From Mobula birostris (taxonomy: Eukaryota), in contig NC_092399.1 in assembly GCF_030028105.1 (NCBI RefSeq), positions 24,200,881 through 24,264,880 on the forward strand: DNA of 64,000 bases, written 5' to 3'. Under the pieces are notes generated by a model. It ran no database searches, was not told the DNA's origin, and saw nothing but the letters and a program-made list of their open reading frames with translations. Below are positions 1-13,229 of this stretch, piece after piece. A program made the position numbers and the translations under genes. How positions within the stretch are numbered: position 1 is the stretch's first letter; every line of letters starts with the position of its first letter.

Positions 1-1099
1 TTTTTTGGTTGCCTATTCCAGTGATACAAACTATTGCTAAAAACTCTGTCAGTCTGAGCCAGACACATTGCCAAATGTAGAGATGGGAAATAAGGAGGGC
101 TTATTGCAGCTCCAACAATCTCTGTTCAATCTTGATCTTGGATGCTGTGTAATGTTGACACTTCTTTCCCTCCTTGTGTTCAGGTTTCATCTTGTATTCC
201 AAAGACCTACCTGCTGGTCGGTAGGTCAGTTAACCACTGCAAATTGTTCCCGAAGTGAATTGCATTCAGTTTGAGAGAAGTACTATTCAAGGTTTCAACA
301 TTGTCAGTGAGTTTGGTGTGTTGAAGAGTATTGGATGTGTGTTGGGGATGAGAGCATCATGAGAGTCTGCCAAAACATGGAGCAGGGAGCTACCAGCAAT
401 GCTTCCAGTATTGACCAACACTCACCATGCTAGCCAAAATACAGCTCTGGTGCAACTCTCTTCAATGCTCCCTGAGCAACTGCCTTTGTTAAAAGTAGGG
501 GGAACATGTACCATTTGATCGCCATAATCAAGAGCGTTGTAACAGATAAATTGCTCTGCAGGGCAGCACTGTATGTATTATTTGACGTGATGTTTTTCAG
601 ATGAGGCACTGTTGTCCCTACCAGCCAAGACAAAGATCCTGTGCTACTGTAGAAAATTGTAAACAAGTTATCACTAATTTGAAGAATACTTACATCTTCA
701 TGAACATTACTAAACTAGAATATATCATGGTTACCTTGCAGAATGACTGTTGCAATTGCTAGATTAAAGAACCTTTATTGTCTGTAAAATGCTTTGGCCT
801 AATCTGAAGTAGCGAAATTTATAACACAAGATTGTTTTTGTTTTCACTGGGACGGTATTTAACAACTTCTTTTGTAAACTAGATAGCAAAGATCTGTTTG
901 CTTTTGTAATTGTTTTTCTTTTTGTGATGTGGAGTTATTGACCCATAAAAGGCTTTCAGCACTGTGATAAAATACAAAAACTTAGATCCTGATCTGAAGT
1001 TTTGCACCCTGTCCAAAGTCTCTTCTCTAAGGATCTTTGTGCCTCTGTAATGAATAGCATTCTTCTGTCTCAATTCTGTGTATTGTTTACAAAGACCTA

Positions 1100-1430
1100 T
1101 ACTGGGATTAAACAATTTGACATCTTCAAAAGACGGTGCCTGAAGAAGACAGGAGCCAACGTTATAGACCCTCAGTATCCAGGACATGCCCTCTTCTCAT
1201 TACTACCATCAGGGAGGAGGTACAGGAACCTCAGAAAGCAGCTTCTACCTCCCTGCCAACAGATTTCTGAAATCTCTATGAACCATGAACATGTCCTAAC
1301 AATTTTGCTCCTTTTCACTTCTTAAAATATATTTCTCATTGTAACTTATACTACTTTTATGTATTCTACTGTACTGTTGCAAAACTACAAATTTCATAAC
1401 GCACGTCAGCAATGGTAAACTTGATTTTAA
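1100..1430 (+). mobile_element. Degenerate 3' end of a Rex1/Babar- or L2-like LINE
   Basis: Encodes the LINE C-terminal motif ...DPQYPGHALFSLLPSGRRYR..., followed by an AT-rich 3' UTR. Confidence 0.6.
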
Positions 1431-1702
1431 TCTGAGCAGTATAACGCTACAGTAATCATTGCTGTTGCTGCCTTTCAGCTCCAGGGACATGGTTATGATC
1501 CTGACGAGATGCTGCTTCTGTAGAGTTTAGAGGTTCTCTGTGATTGCTTGGGGTTGTGATTTCAAAAGTTTGCTGATCAATAGGTTCATTGGCAAATTGC
1601 TCCAGTGTAGGCAGGTGGAACAAAACTTGGGTGGGGAGGGGGAGGTTGATGTAAGTTTGAGAGAAAAAGTGGAATTAAGCATGGGATTAGTACCAATGAT
1701 TG

Positions 1703-2075
1703 TTTCATAGAATATAGAACGGTAAACCACTGGAAAAGTTCCATTAGTCCATTATATTGTGCCAAACTAATAATTAAACACCCAACTGAACTAATTCCTT
1801 CTACCTGCACGATGTACATATCTCTACATTTTCTATATATTCATGTGCATATCTATGAGCCTCTATTGTGGTTGCCTCCACTCCCACCGCTGGCACTGCA
1901 TTCCCACCATCCATCATTGTCTGTGTAATCATGCCTATCTCCTTTGAACGTCGCCTCGCTACTTAAATGTATGTCTTCTAGTATTGGACATCTCGACCCT
2001 GGAGAAAAGATACCAGCTGCCTGCCCCCTATCTATGCCTCTCATAATCTTTAAAAATTCTGTCAGATCTCCCCGA
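1703..2075 (-). mobile_element. CR1 LINE 3' fragment, degenerate
   Basis: catagaatatagaac tail and similarity to the 3' ends of other CR1 copies in the window. Confidence 0.6.
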
Positions 2076-2854
2076 TATTAGGTGTTAAAGCAGTGGGCTG
2101 ACAAGCCCATTCCCATGCCGTGGCACTGAAGGGCTCATTGCAAGGACATGTGTCAGGAAAAAACAATATCATATTGTTAAGTTATTGTTTGCTGATCATT
2201 TTTGATATATTAAATCATACTGCTTTATTATTGTCGAATGAGCTACAGTGGACAACTGTTACAACTGCGCATTGAGGTAGTACAACAGAAAGCAATGACA
2301 GCATACCAAAAAACTGTTGCAGTTAAAGAGAAAGTGCAGAGCAGGCAAACATACAAGAACATAATGTGATATATTTTACTTATACTTTACATTTTATTGT
2401 CGCCAAACAATTGATACTAGAATGTACAATCATCACAGCGATATTTGATTCTGCGCTTCCCGCTCCCTGGATTACAAATGTTAAATATTAAAAATGGTAA
2501 AAATTAGTAAATATTAAAAATTTAAATTATAAACAATAAATAGAAAATGGAAAGTAAGGTAGTGCAAAAAAAAAGAGGTTTTTCAGGTCACGGGTCCATC
2601 TTATCATACTGGGAGCAAATAGTAGGATAGAACTGTTCTTAAACCTGGTGGTAGTGTCGAAGTAAATCATATACAAGTAGATATTTATCTCTGCCTGACA
2701 ATGGAGGTATTTAAATATACATTATATTTGTAAATATTAAGAATAAATTGCATTTTTGAGGGGGAATGCTGCCTTAATCCAATCTGTTGAAATCACAGGG
2801 TACAAGGAGGGTGGGGTGCTCAATGCCCAGAACAACCGTAAACAAAAGTGCAAA

Positions 2855-3130
2855 TGCTGGAAATTTAAGCACCACATACAAGATGCTGGAGGAACTCAGC
2901 AGGCCAGCATCGATGGAAGCAAAGGACTATTCTTTCTCCTCCCACAGATGCTGCCTGGCCTGCTGAGTTCCTCCAGCATTTTGTGCTTGTTGCTTGAATG
3001 CTCAGAACAAGGCTGTATGAGTGCAGCAGCACACAGGAAATGCTGGAGGAACTCAGCAAGTGAAGCAGCATCTATGGAAGAACAAACAGCCAACGTTCCG
3101 GCCGAGAGCTTTCTTCAGGAGTGATAGGGG
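2855..3130. mobile_element. Cluster of Penelope-like terminal-repeat (pLTR) fragments in both orientations
   Basis: Matches the gatgctgcctggcctgctg...ccagca segment of the Penelope copy at 38263-38925; includes a perfect 24-bp inverted repeat at 2883-2906/2956-2979. Confidence 0.7.
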
Positions 3131-3229
3131 TGGGGGGTGGTAGAGGTGTGAATTAAATGGTTTGGGGAGGGGAAAGAGGCTGGCTGGAAGGTGAGTGCAG
3201 CTGGATGTGAATGGACCCTGTCTCCAGTC

Positions 3230-3700
3230 CTGACCTCTGCCCCGGAAGCGCTGTCCTCCCTCCTCCCCCGCTTCTGCCGGCGGGCGTTTCACCGGGCATC
3301 AAGCGTCGGCCGGAGCCGCTCCGATGGAGGCGCGGGGCCGCCGCAGGGCCTCGCACAGTCCCGGCCGCGACAGGGTGCGCATCAAGAGCGAGGCTGTGGC
3401 CTACAAACGGCGCCGCTCGAGTTCCGGCTCGTCCGGCGGCAGCCTGTCTCCGCCCGGACACTGGAGAGGCCGCTCCCCGGCCCGGAGGGAGCCGAAGCCC
3501 GGCCCCGGCACACAGAGACACCCGCGGCCTGAGGGGAAGTACAGGCGGGTGAGTACGGTCGGGCAGCATGATTCCTGAGCGCCGAACCGGGTGGGAAGCA
3601 GGGACTTCCGGCATCGAGCTGAAGGAGCGACCGGTGACGGGAAAGGAAGGGGAAATGGAAGGAAGGAGGTGGGGTGAGAGCCGGCGAGGGTGGAGGGAGG
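3230..3700 (+). promoter_or_regulatory. CpG island / promoter of SNIP1
   Basis: Sharply GC- and CpG-rich tract over exon 1 in a CpG-depleted background. Confidence 0.8.
3324..3548 (+). CDS. SNIP1: SNIP1 coding exon 1 (Smad nuclear-interacting protein 1)
   Basis: ATG in good context (ccgATGG); R/S/P-rich MEARGRRR...RIKSE...GGSLSPP; donor CGG|GTGAGT, phase 0, matching the next exon. Confidence 0.8.
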
Positions 3701-4390
3701 GGGGCCTTTCGGAGAGAGGGGGGGAGGAAGGGAGGTCATCTGGTAAGAGGGAGGGAGTTGGTCACCTGCGAGGTGGAGGGAGGTAGGGGGGTCACCTGCG
3801 AGGTGGAGGGTGGTAGGGGGTCATCCGGCGAGAGTGGGGGGGGGGGTCATCTGGTAAGAGTTGGAGTAAGAGAGAGGGGCGGTCATCTGACTAGGTGGGT
3901 AAGGAGGAGCAGATGGGGATCAGCTGTTGTGGGTGAAGGGAAGGAGAGGGCTTATCTGCTGGAGGGGAAGGAGGGAAGTGGAGGAAGAGGAAGGAAAGAT
4001 TGTGTTATTGGGAGGGAGGCAGTGGGGTGGGGAAGCAGGGACTGAAAATGAGGGGGGTTGAATTGTTGTTGGGAAGTTGAGGGTCTGCATTCATAGCCAT
4101 CACTCTCCCAATTCAATTCAGGGAAAATGTAACAAGAATGTAGTTCTCTGGCTAGGGTTAGAGAGTGGGAAGGAAATTGGTTTTAGTTCAAGAATGGGTG
4201 CATTATGAATTATCACTCAAATTGCACCAATGTAAAAAAAAAACTTGGAGGTAGAACAAAGATAGTGATGTGGTACATTGCAGGAATCCAGAATATAAGA
4301 GTGGTGAAAATGAAATTGGCAGTGATGTCAGAGTAACTGCTTGAAAATGGAGGGCAATGGTGAAATGTGCTTTTAAAAAAAAAAGTAGGG

Positions 4391-5227
4391 AAAGTCATAG
4401 TAGTCATCGTCATACTTTATTGATCCTGGGGGAAATTGGTTTTTGTTACAGTTGCACCATAAATAATAGTAATAGAACCATAAATAGTTAAATAGTGATA
4501 TGTAAATTATGCCAGTAAATTATGAAATAAATCCAGGACCAGCCTATTGGCTCAGGGTGTCTGACCCTCCAGGGGAGGAGTTGTAAAGTTTGATGGCCAC
4601 AGGCAGGAATGACTTCCTATGATGCTCTGTGCTGCATCTCGGTGGAATGAGTCTCTGGCTGAATGTACTCCTGTGCCCACCCAGTACATTATGTAGTGGA
4701 TGGGAGACATTGACCAAGATGGCATGCAACTTAGATAGCATCCTCTCTTCAGACACCACCGTCAGAGAGTCCAGTTCCATCCCCACAACATCACTGGCCT
4801 TACGAATGAGTTTGTTGATTCTGTTGGTGTCTGCCACCCTCAGCCTGCTGCCCCAGCACACAACAGCAAACATGATTGCACTGGCCACCACAGACTCATA
4901 GAACATCCTCAGCATTGTCCAGCAGATGTTAAAGGACCTCAGTCTCCCCAGGAAATAGAGACGACTTTGACCCTTCTTGTACACAGCCTCAGTGTTCTTT
5001 GACCAGTCCAGTTTATTGTCAATTCGTATCCCCAGGTATTTGTAATCCTCCACCATATCCACACTGAGCCCCTGGATGGAAATAGGGGTCACCGGTGCCT
5101 TAGCTCTCCCCAGGTCTAACACCAGCTCCTTAGTCTTTTACACATTAAGCTGCAGATAATTCTGTTCACACCATGTGACAAAGTTTCCTACCGTAGCCCT
5201 GTACTCAGCCTCATCTCCCTTGCTGGA
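4391..5227 (-). mobile_element. 5'-truncated Rex1/Babar-like LINE (RT C-terminus and DUF1891-like region)
   Basis: ORF 4544-5122 YKYLG...DNKLDWSKNTEAVYKKGQSRLYFL...SFLPVAIKLYNS; AATAAA and short-repeat tail. Confidence 0.8.
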
Positions 5228-5528
5228 GGGAAATGAGGCAAATTGGGTAGATCTTTTTAAAACTAAAACAAATGCTATGGACTGAACTCTTCCAGTGTGA
5301 GGTAAAATTATACATTTATTGCTCAAAATCCAAATTTCAGCATGGAGGCAACTCTTAATTTGTTCTGGTGATAAGATGCTTATGCAAGTCAAATTTAAAA
5401 TTATGTATGCAGTATTGTTTTCTGTTTGGGTCATTTGTTTCATGAAGTAGATTGTCAAAGAAAACTGGAATTCTTTTAAATCCTAGCTGTGCTTACTTGG
5501 TTAAGTTGGATCTTCTGATTGTATCTAG

Positions 5529-6136
5529 GAAAGACATGACCATCCGCGACAGGAGCGCCATGAAAGATGTCACAGAGACCACTCCGAAGGGAAAGAGCAC
5601 CGACATAAGAAGGCCGATGACAGAGAGCGACGCAGAGAGTGGTCGGATCGTGGGCGGGGCCACAGCAAAAAGAATGGTGGGCCTCGCACAGAGCACAGCG
5701 TTAGTGGCCGAGACAGGGAAGTTCAACAGCTCCACGAGCAGCAGGCCGAGCGCGAATTGCACAATGAAAGGCGGCGCCAGAACCGTGATCGTTTCAAAAC
5801 TCTCACAGCCGAGAATCCCCAGTCTGAACCGAACAGTAGCCAGGCTGGTCGGGGCAATACTACGCAGGTTAAAGAGGAGCCGAATTTTGAGTTATCTGGT
5901 GCTCTTGTGGAAGATACAAACACCTTTCGTGGCGTGGTGATAAAATACAACGAACCGCCAGAGTCCCGAGTCCCAAGGAAACGATGGCGTCTTTATCCAT
6001 TCAAGAACGACGAGCCTCTCCCAGTCATGTACATTCATCGCCAGAGTGCCTATCTTTTGGGTCGGCAGCGAAGAATAGTGGACATCCCGCTTGATCATCC
6101 CTCCTGCTCCAAGCAACATGCAGTGCTACAGTACAG
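5529..6136 (+). CDS. SNIP1: SNIP1 coding exon 2
   Basis: Acceptor tctag|GAA; encodes ERHDHPR...EPNFELSGALVEDTNTFRGVVIKYNEPPE...RWRLYPFK...HPSCSKQHAVLQY; donor AG|GTTTGT, phase 2. Confidence 0.97.
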
Positions 6137-6309
6137 GTTTGTGTTGTTCTCTGATTGGGAAGAAGGAGATTTAGATGTCTCCTTTTACATGCACTCAAAG
6201 GAATTAAAGCAGCTCAATTTGATTAATCTGCTGTCCTTAAATCACTTCTCGATAACAGACTTGGTGGTAAATTGATAATATAGGCAAAATTTTTGACAAT
6301 GTTGCTATA

Positions 6310-6735
6310 GCCTTGGGGACTGAGATATAGAGAGAGGTTGAGCAAGCTAGGGCTTTATTATGGAAAGTAGGACCATGAGCGGTGATCCTATAGAGGTATA
6401 TAAAATCATGAGGCTGGATCGGTGCATACTGTCTTTTCTCCTCGGACTGTGGGGTTCAAGAATTAAAAAGGGCATAGGTTTAAGGTGAAAAGGAAGAGAC
6501 TTAAAAGGAATCTGAGGGACATTTTCACCCAGTGGGTGGCAGATATGTGGAATGAGCTAGAGGAAGTGATTGAATTATAGCAGTTAAAAACAGGTGGGCA
6601 GGTATGTGTGTGTGTGTGTGTATGTATATATATATATACCTATCCTATATTTACACACAAAGGGTTTTGAGGGATATAGGGATGGGATTTTGATTAGCAT
6701 GGACTGGTTGGGTAGTTTCCATGCTCTATGACTTC
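6310..6735 (+). mobile_element. CR1 3' fragment with internal (TG)n(TA)n microsatellite
   Basis: Degenerate similarity to CR1 ORF2 end; microsatellite at ~6604-6638. Confidence 0.65.
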
Positions 6736-7849
6736 CAGAACCTTAAAGGTTAGGATATGAATTGTAACCTGGCCTCAAATATTTTGGAGCTAGAAAAATT
6801 AAAGATTGTATAATAGATGGCCAACATCCACTCAGCTTTTTACTGGTGTCATTCAGCCTGATTCCAAGTCTGGGATTTCCTTTCCCTCTTCAAATGTAAC
6901 ATAAAATGGTCAGTGATTTCTCAATTGCGGTTACTGATAAAGGAGCAATGAAAAGTGCATCCACTAGTTTAAATGACTGTATGCAAGCTTCACAGAAAAT
7001 TACACTGGAACTAATGGCATCCTAAAGCATTCACTTAATTTATTGCTTTGTCATATAGCCATATTATTGGAAGGATATACCATGGGGGAAGAAAAGAGAC
7101 TTGTTTTTGTATCATATTCTGTTCAGCATACCTGTTTTGAGAATGGAAACTTCTTTCTTGGTCTGTCAGGCCATATTTTTGCCTTGGGGCTTCTGTTTAT
7201 TTTTCACATTTTTCTTTTCCACTTATTCTTAATGGGATATTTTGAAATTAATAAATAGTTATTATCATTGGCTTGACAGTACTTTGTGTGGTAAAGACTA
7301 CTCAAAAAAAAAAGAATGAGGATGCCTGTTGTATAAGTACTTAGCAAGCATTCTGAAAAACATAATGTCCCTGTTTTCCTTTAGTGAGGGTGGAAGCACC
7401 AGAGAGATTCTGGTGGTGAAGGAGAAAGAGCATGAGTTTGTATATCATTCTACATTTTCTACATACAATTCAAGACACTTTACATCCAGTGGTATACTTT
7501 TAAAATGTGTCCACTATTTTAGAAAATTTTTTTTAAGTAGTTGGAAACGATAATTAGGAAGTGCCTTTGGGAGTCATAGAACATTAAACTGCTAAGAAGC
7601 ATTTAAGATAGATCAATTTTACATTGGTTATAAGAAGTTGGTTTTGCTCATTCCAAGTTCACATCTTGCCAATTTTTATTTCTCAAATACCCTCTTAACA
7701 TTGCTGCAAATTGTTGCTGTTAATGTATGGATGTGGTTGATTAGCATAATCCGTCAGTTTTGATTTTAATCTGCACAAACCCATCCCAGGTTCAATCTTT
7801 GAAATGTGCAAAAATAATGAACAACTTTATTTCTTGAAACCGCTTATTT

Positions 7850-10800
7850 CTTCAGCGGTTTGGTCGGGGCACGACTGCGCAAACGTGTGGATGTCAGCCA
7901 GTGAGAACAGGGAGAAGAGTTTAAAAGTTAGAGACAGATTTATAGAGCGGGAGACAGAGTAGGAAGGCCTTGTCTCAACAGGGTTTCGGTGATAATGGGT
8001 TGAGGCGAGGTAGGTTAACTGTGTAGAATACAGACAGGAAGAATGTGTGTGAGGCCGGTGTACTGTGCTTGTTTGTCAGATGTGGGAAGTCCGGGGTGTG
8101 TTGAGCTGCAGCTCCTTTGGGTCCGTGTTAGGGAACTGGAGATGCAGCTCGATAACCTTCATCTGGTCGGGGAAAGTAAGGAGGTGAGTAGAGAGGAGCT
8201 ATATGCATAGTCACACCGGGGCCTGGGGAGACAGATAAGTGGGTAACAGTCAGGAGAGGGTTGGGCAAGAATCAGAGGCTAGAGAGCACCCCTGTGGCTG
8301 TACCCCTTGACAATAAGTACTCCTGCTTGAGTACCGTTGGGGGGTGGGGAACGGCTACCTGGGAGGGAAGCAACAGTGGCTCAGAAGGGTAGGGAAAGGA
8401 AGAGGATGGCAGCAATGATAGGGGACTCTATAGTTAGGGGTCAGACAGGCGATTCTGTGGACGCGGGAAAGAAGAACGGATGGTAGTTTGCCTCCCAGGT
8501 GCCAGGGTCTGGGATGTTTATGATCACGTCCGTGATATCCTGAAGTGGGAAGGAGGACAGCCAGAGGTCGTGGTACATGTTGGTACCAATGACATAGGCA
8601 GGAAAAGGGAGGAGCTCCTGAAAGCAGAGTACAGGGAGTTAGGAAGTAAGTTGAGAAGCAGGACTACGAAGATGGTCATCTTGGGATTACTGCCTGTGCC
8701 ACGTGACAGTGAGTATAGGAATAGAGTGAGATGGAGGATAAATGCGTGGCTGAGGGATTGGAGCGGGGGCAGGGATTCAGATTTCTGGATCATTGGGACC
8801 TATTTTGGGACAGAAGTGACTTGTACAAAAAAAACAGGTTGCACTTGAATCCCGGGGGACCAATATCCTGGCAGGGAGGTTTGCTAAAGCTATTGGGGAG
8901 AGTTTAAACTAGGATTGTTGTGGGGTGGGAACCAGACTGAAGAGACAGAGGAAGAGGCAATTGGCTCACAAATAGAGAAAGCTTGGAGACAGTGCTGGAG
9001 GGAGGATAGGCAGGTAATAGAGAAGGGACGCGCTCAGACCGATGGTTTGACATATGTCTATTTTAATGCAAGGAGTATTATGAACAAAGAGGACGAGCTT
9101 AGAGTGTGGATCAGTACTTGGAGTTATGATGTTGTGGCCATTACAGAGACTTGGGTGGCTCAGGGGCAGGAATGGTTACTTCAAGTGCCAGGCTTTAGAT
9201 GTCTCAGAAGGGACAGCGAGGGAGGCAAAAGAGGTGGGGGCGTGGCTCTGTTGATCAGAGATAGTCTCACAGCTGCAGAAAAGGAGGAAGACATGGAGGG
9301 ATTGTCTACAGAGTCTCTGTGGGTAGAAGTTAGGAACAGGAAGGGGTCAATAACTCTACTGGGTGTTTTTTATAGACAACCCAATAGTAAGAGGGACATC
9401 GAGGAGCAGATAGGGAGACAGATTCTAGAAAGATGTAAGAATAACTGGGTTGTCGTGGTGGGAGATTTTAGTTTCCCAGATATTGATTGGCATGTCCCTT
9501 GAGCGAGGAGTTTAGATGGGGTGGAGTTTGTTTGGTGTGTTCAAGAATGTATCTTGACACAATATGTAGATAAGCCTACAAGAGGAGAGGCTGTACTTGA
9601 TCTGGTATTGGGAAATGAACCTGGTCAGGTGTCAGCTCTCTCAGTGGGAGAGCATTTTGGAGATAGTGATCACAATTCTATCTCCTTTACCATAGCATTG
9701 GAGGGGGATAGGAACAGACAAGTTAGGAAAGTGTTTAATTGGAGTAGGGAATTATGAGGCTATCAGGCAGGAGCTTGGAAGCATAAATTGGGAACAGATG
9801 TTCTCAGGGAAACGTATGGAAGAAATGTGGCAAATGTTCAGGGATATTTGCGTGGGGTTCTGCGTAGATATGTTCCAATGAGACAGGGAAAGGATGATAG
9901 GGTACAGGAACCATGGTGTACAAAGGCTGTTGTAAATCTAGTCAAGAAAAGAGCTTACAAAAGGTTCAAAAAGCAGAGTAATGATAGAGATCTGGAAGAT
10001 TATAGGCTAGCAGGAAGGAGTTTAAGAAAGAAATTAGAGCCAGAAGGGGCCATGAGAAGGCCTTGATGGACAGGATTAAGGAAAACCCCAAGACATTCTA
10101 CAGTTATGTGAAGAGCAAGAAGATAAGACGTGAGAGAATAAGACCAATCAAGTGTGACAGTGGAAAAGTGTGTATGGAACGGGAGAAGTGGCAGAGGTAC
10201 TTAATGAGTTCTGTACTTCAGTATTCACTACGGAAAAGGATCTTGGTGATTGTAGGGACGACTTCAAGCAGATGGAAAGCTTGAGCATGTAGGTATCAAG
10301 AAAAGAGGATGTGCAGGAGCTTTTGGAAAGGATCAAGTTGGATAAATCACCGGGACAGGACGAGATGTAGCCCAGGCTACTGTGGGAGCTGAGGGAGGAG
10401 ATTGCTGAGCCTCTGGCGATTATCTTTGCATCATCAATGGGGACGGGAGAGGTTCTGGAGGATTGGAGAGTTGCGGATGTTGTTCCATTGTTCAAGAAAG
10501 GGAGTAGAGATAGCCCAGGAAATTATGGACCAGTGAGTCTTTCTTCAGTGGTTGTTAAGTTGATTGAGAAGATCCTGACAGGCAGGATTTATGAACATTT
10601 GGAGAGGCATGATATGATTAGGACTAGTCAGCATGGGTTTGTCAAAGGCAGGTCGTGCCTTGCGAGCCTGATTAAATTTTTGGAGGATGTGACTAAACAC
10701 ATTGATGAAGGTAGAGCAGTAGATGTAGTGTATATGGATTTCAGCAAGGCATTTGACAAGGTACCTTATGCAAGGCTTATTGAGAAAGTAAGGAGGCATG

Positions 10801-11897
10801 GGATCCAAGGGGACATTGCTTTGTGGATCCAGAACTGGCTTGCCCACAGAAGGCAAAGAGAGGTTGTAGATGGGTCATATTGTGCATGGAGGTTGGTCAC
10901 CAGTGGTGTGCCTCAGGGATCTGTTCTGGGACCCCTACTCTTTGTGATTTTTATTAATGACCTGGATGAAGAAGTGGAGGGATAGGTTAGCAAATTTGCT
11001 GATGACACAAAGGTTGGAGGTGATGTGGATAGTGTGGAGGGCTGTCAGAGGTTACAGTGGGACATTGATAGGATGCAAAACTTGGCTGAGAAGTGGCAGA
11101 TGGAGTTCAACCCAGATATGTGTGAGGTGGTTCATTTTGGTCGGTGAAATATGGTGAGAGAATATAGTATTAATGGTAAGACTCTTGACAGTGTGGAGGA
11201 TCAGAGGGATCTTGGGGTCCGAGTCCATAGGACACTCAAAGCTGCTGCACAGGTTGACACTGTGGGTAAAAAAGCATACAGTGCATTGGCCTTCGTCAAT
11301 CGTAGGATTGAGTTTAGGAGCCAAGAGGTAATGTTGCAGCTATATAGGACCCTGGTCAGACCCCACTTGGATTACTGTACTCTGTTCCAGTCGCCTCACT
11401 ATAAGAAGGATATGGAAACCATAGAAAGGTTTACTATGGAGATTTACAAAGATGTTGCCTGGGTTAGGGAGCATGCCTTATGAGAATAGGTTGAGTGAAC
11501 TTGGCCTTTTCTCCTTGGAGTGACAGAAGATGAGAGGTGACCTGACAGAAGTGTATAAGGTGATGAGAGGCATTGATCGTGTAGATAGAGGTTTTTTCCC
11601 AGGGCTGAAATGGCTAGCACGAGAGGACATAGTTTTAAGGTGCTTGGAAGTAGGTATAGAGGAGATGTCAGGGGTAATTTTTTTTACGCAGAGAGTGATG
11701 AATGCGTGGAATGGACTGCCGGTGACAGTGGTGAGGTGGATACGGTAGGGTCTTTCAGATACTCCTGGACAGTTATATGGATCTCACAAATAGAGGGCTA
11801 TGGGTAACCCTACGTAATTTCTCAGGTAAGGATATGTTTGGCTTAGCTTTGTGGGCTGAAGGACCTGTATTGTGCTGTAGATTTTCTGTGTTTCTAT
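7850..11897 (+). mobile_element. Near full-length CR1 LINE (ORF1 SGNH esterase; ORF2 APE endonuclease and RT), disrupted
   Basis: ORF1 motifs IGDS, CLPGARV, VVVHVGTNDIG; ORF2 [47 protein letters not shown]; several stops and frameshifts; ttctgtgtttcta tail. Confidence 0.95.
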
Positions 11898-12172
11898 TTC
11901 ATTGTGATTCCAAACTGTTTTGTGCTGTGAGGAAGCTGGAGTAACAATTACACAATTCTAAACCTTTTGTTTTGTTAGGCATCTCCCTTAAGAAAATTGC
12001 TTATTTTTTTCACTCATTATAAATGCTTTTATATTGTCAATAAAACAAGCTGCTGGAAATAGAACTTAAAACAGTATAACATTGGACGGGCTATTCAGCT
12101 TGCAGTATTATGCCGATCTTGATGCCAATTTGTGTTAGATATCCTCTGCATATCATCTATAACACTGCACCT

Positions 12173-12603
12173 GTGAGTGAATGAGTGAGGTCTCTGTCAG
12201 TCAGAGTCGACCATTGATACTGCGTCCTAGCAAACTAGATACGCAAGCTTGGGCAGTAAGATATGGAGATCATACTGTTCCCGTTGTAGCAAGCTCTCCC
12301 TCTCCGTGCATCTGATGAACCTCAAGGAACAGCAGAGACGGCTGTAGTTTGGTAGCAGCAGCATCGCAGGAGTTTCCAGTCCGCGTTGAACTCAGCATAG
12401 GACTGCCTATACATGGCTGACGAGCCCCATCTGCCCGAAGCAAGCTATCAGTAGAAAAGGTTCCACTGGGCTTAATAAGTAAACCACATGTGAAGGTCAA
12501 GAGCTGGACTTCATTGTCAAAGGCTATTTGAGACACACGCCATTGGGAGCATTTAATAGGTAGTGGGAGCTTGTCTCCATTACCACCTCCAGCTATGCAA
12601 CTG
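12173..12603 (-). mobile_element. Non-autonomous retroelement, RTE-like family 1, copy B
   Basis: Reverse complement aligns with 20399-20927; short tandem (TCAC)-like tail. Confidence 0.6.
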
Positions 12604-13229
12604 TAAGGAGGCACCATCTCTGAAATACAAAGAGAACTCTGTGAAACACTCAGCATCAGGTAGCATTTGTAAAGAGAGGAATAGTTGATGGTTCAGTTTA
12701 GTGAAAATTTATTCGCTTGAAATGTTAATTACACTGCAACAGTGCCTCTAGTGAATTTACTAGGCATCTTTTCTACTTCACTCCTAAGGGTCTAAGATAA
12801 AACACATGATATTTAGTAACTCGTTATTTATGTTAGGGGGTCATCGTCGGCATATAAAAGGGCTTGAGCCCATTCTCTGAACATCATCCACCCATCTGCA
12901 CTAATCCCATTCCCCTTAACACCTACTACACCTCTCCCATCTCCCCTTCTGCCAGTCACTCACACAGTAGGGCCAATTAAGTTACCAACCCTCACGTATT
13001 TGGGTTGTGGGTGAGAATATCTACTTGAAGAGCTTGCAAATTCCAGAGAGATAGCTCTGGAGGTCAAGAATAAATCTGGGGTGCTGGAGCTGAGGCAGCA
13101 GCTTTACCATCCTGCCCAGTATGCACATTTTTGCTTCCCTTTTTGGGAAACATACAAATCCCTTAATAAAGCTGAAATGGAATTTAAGTACAATCAGTGA
13201 ATAACATGCTGTCTGTTTTCTCTTCGTAG

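Noticed and set aside
3053-4045. Multiple overlapping ORFs around SNIP1 exon 1
   Set aside because: Expected in a CpG island and G-rich tract; low complexity and no recognisable domains
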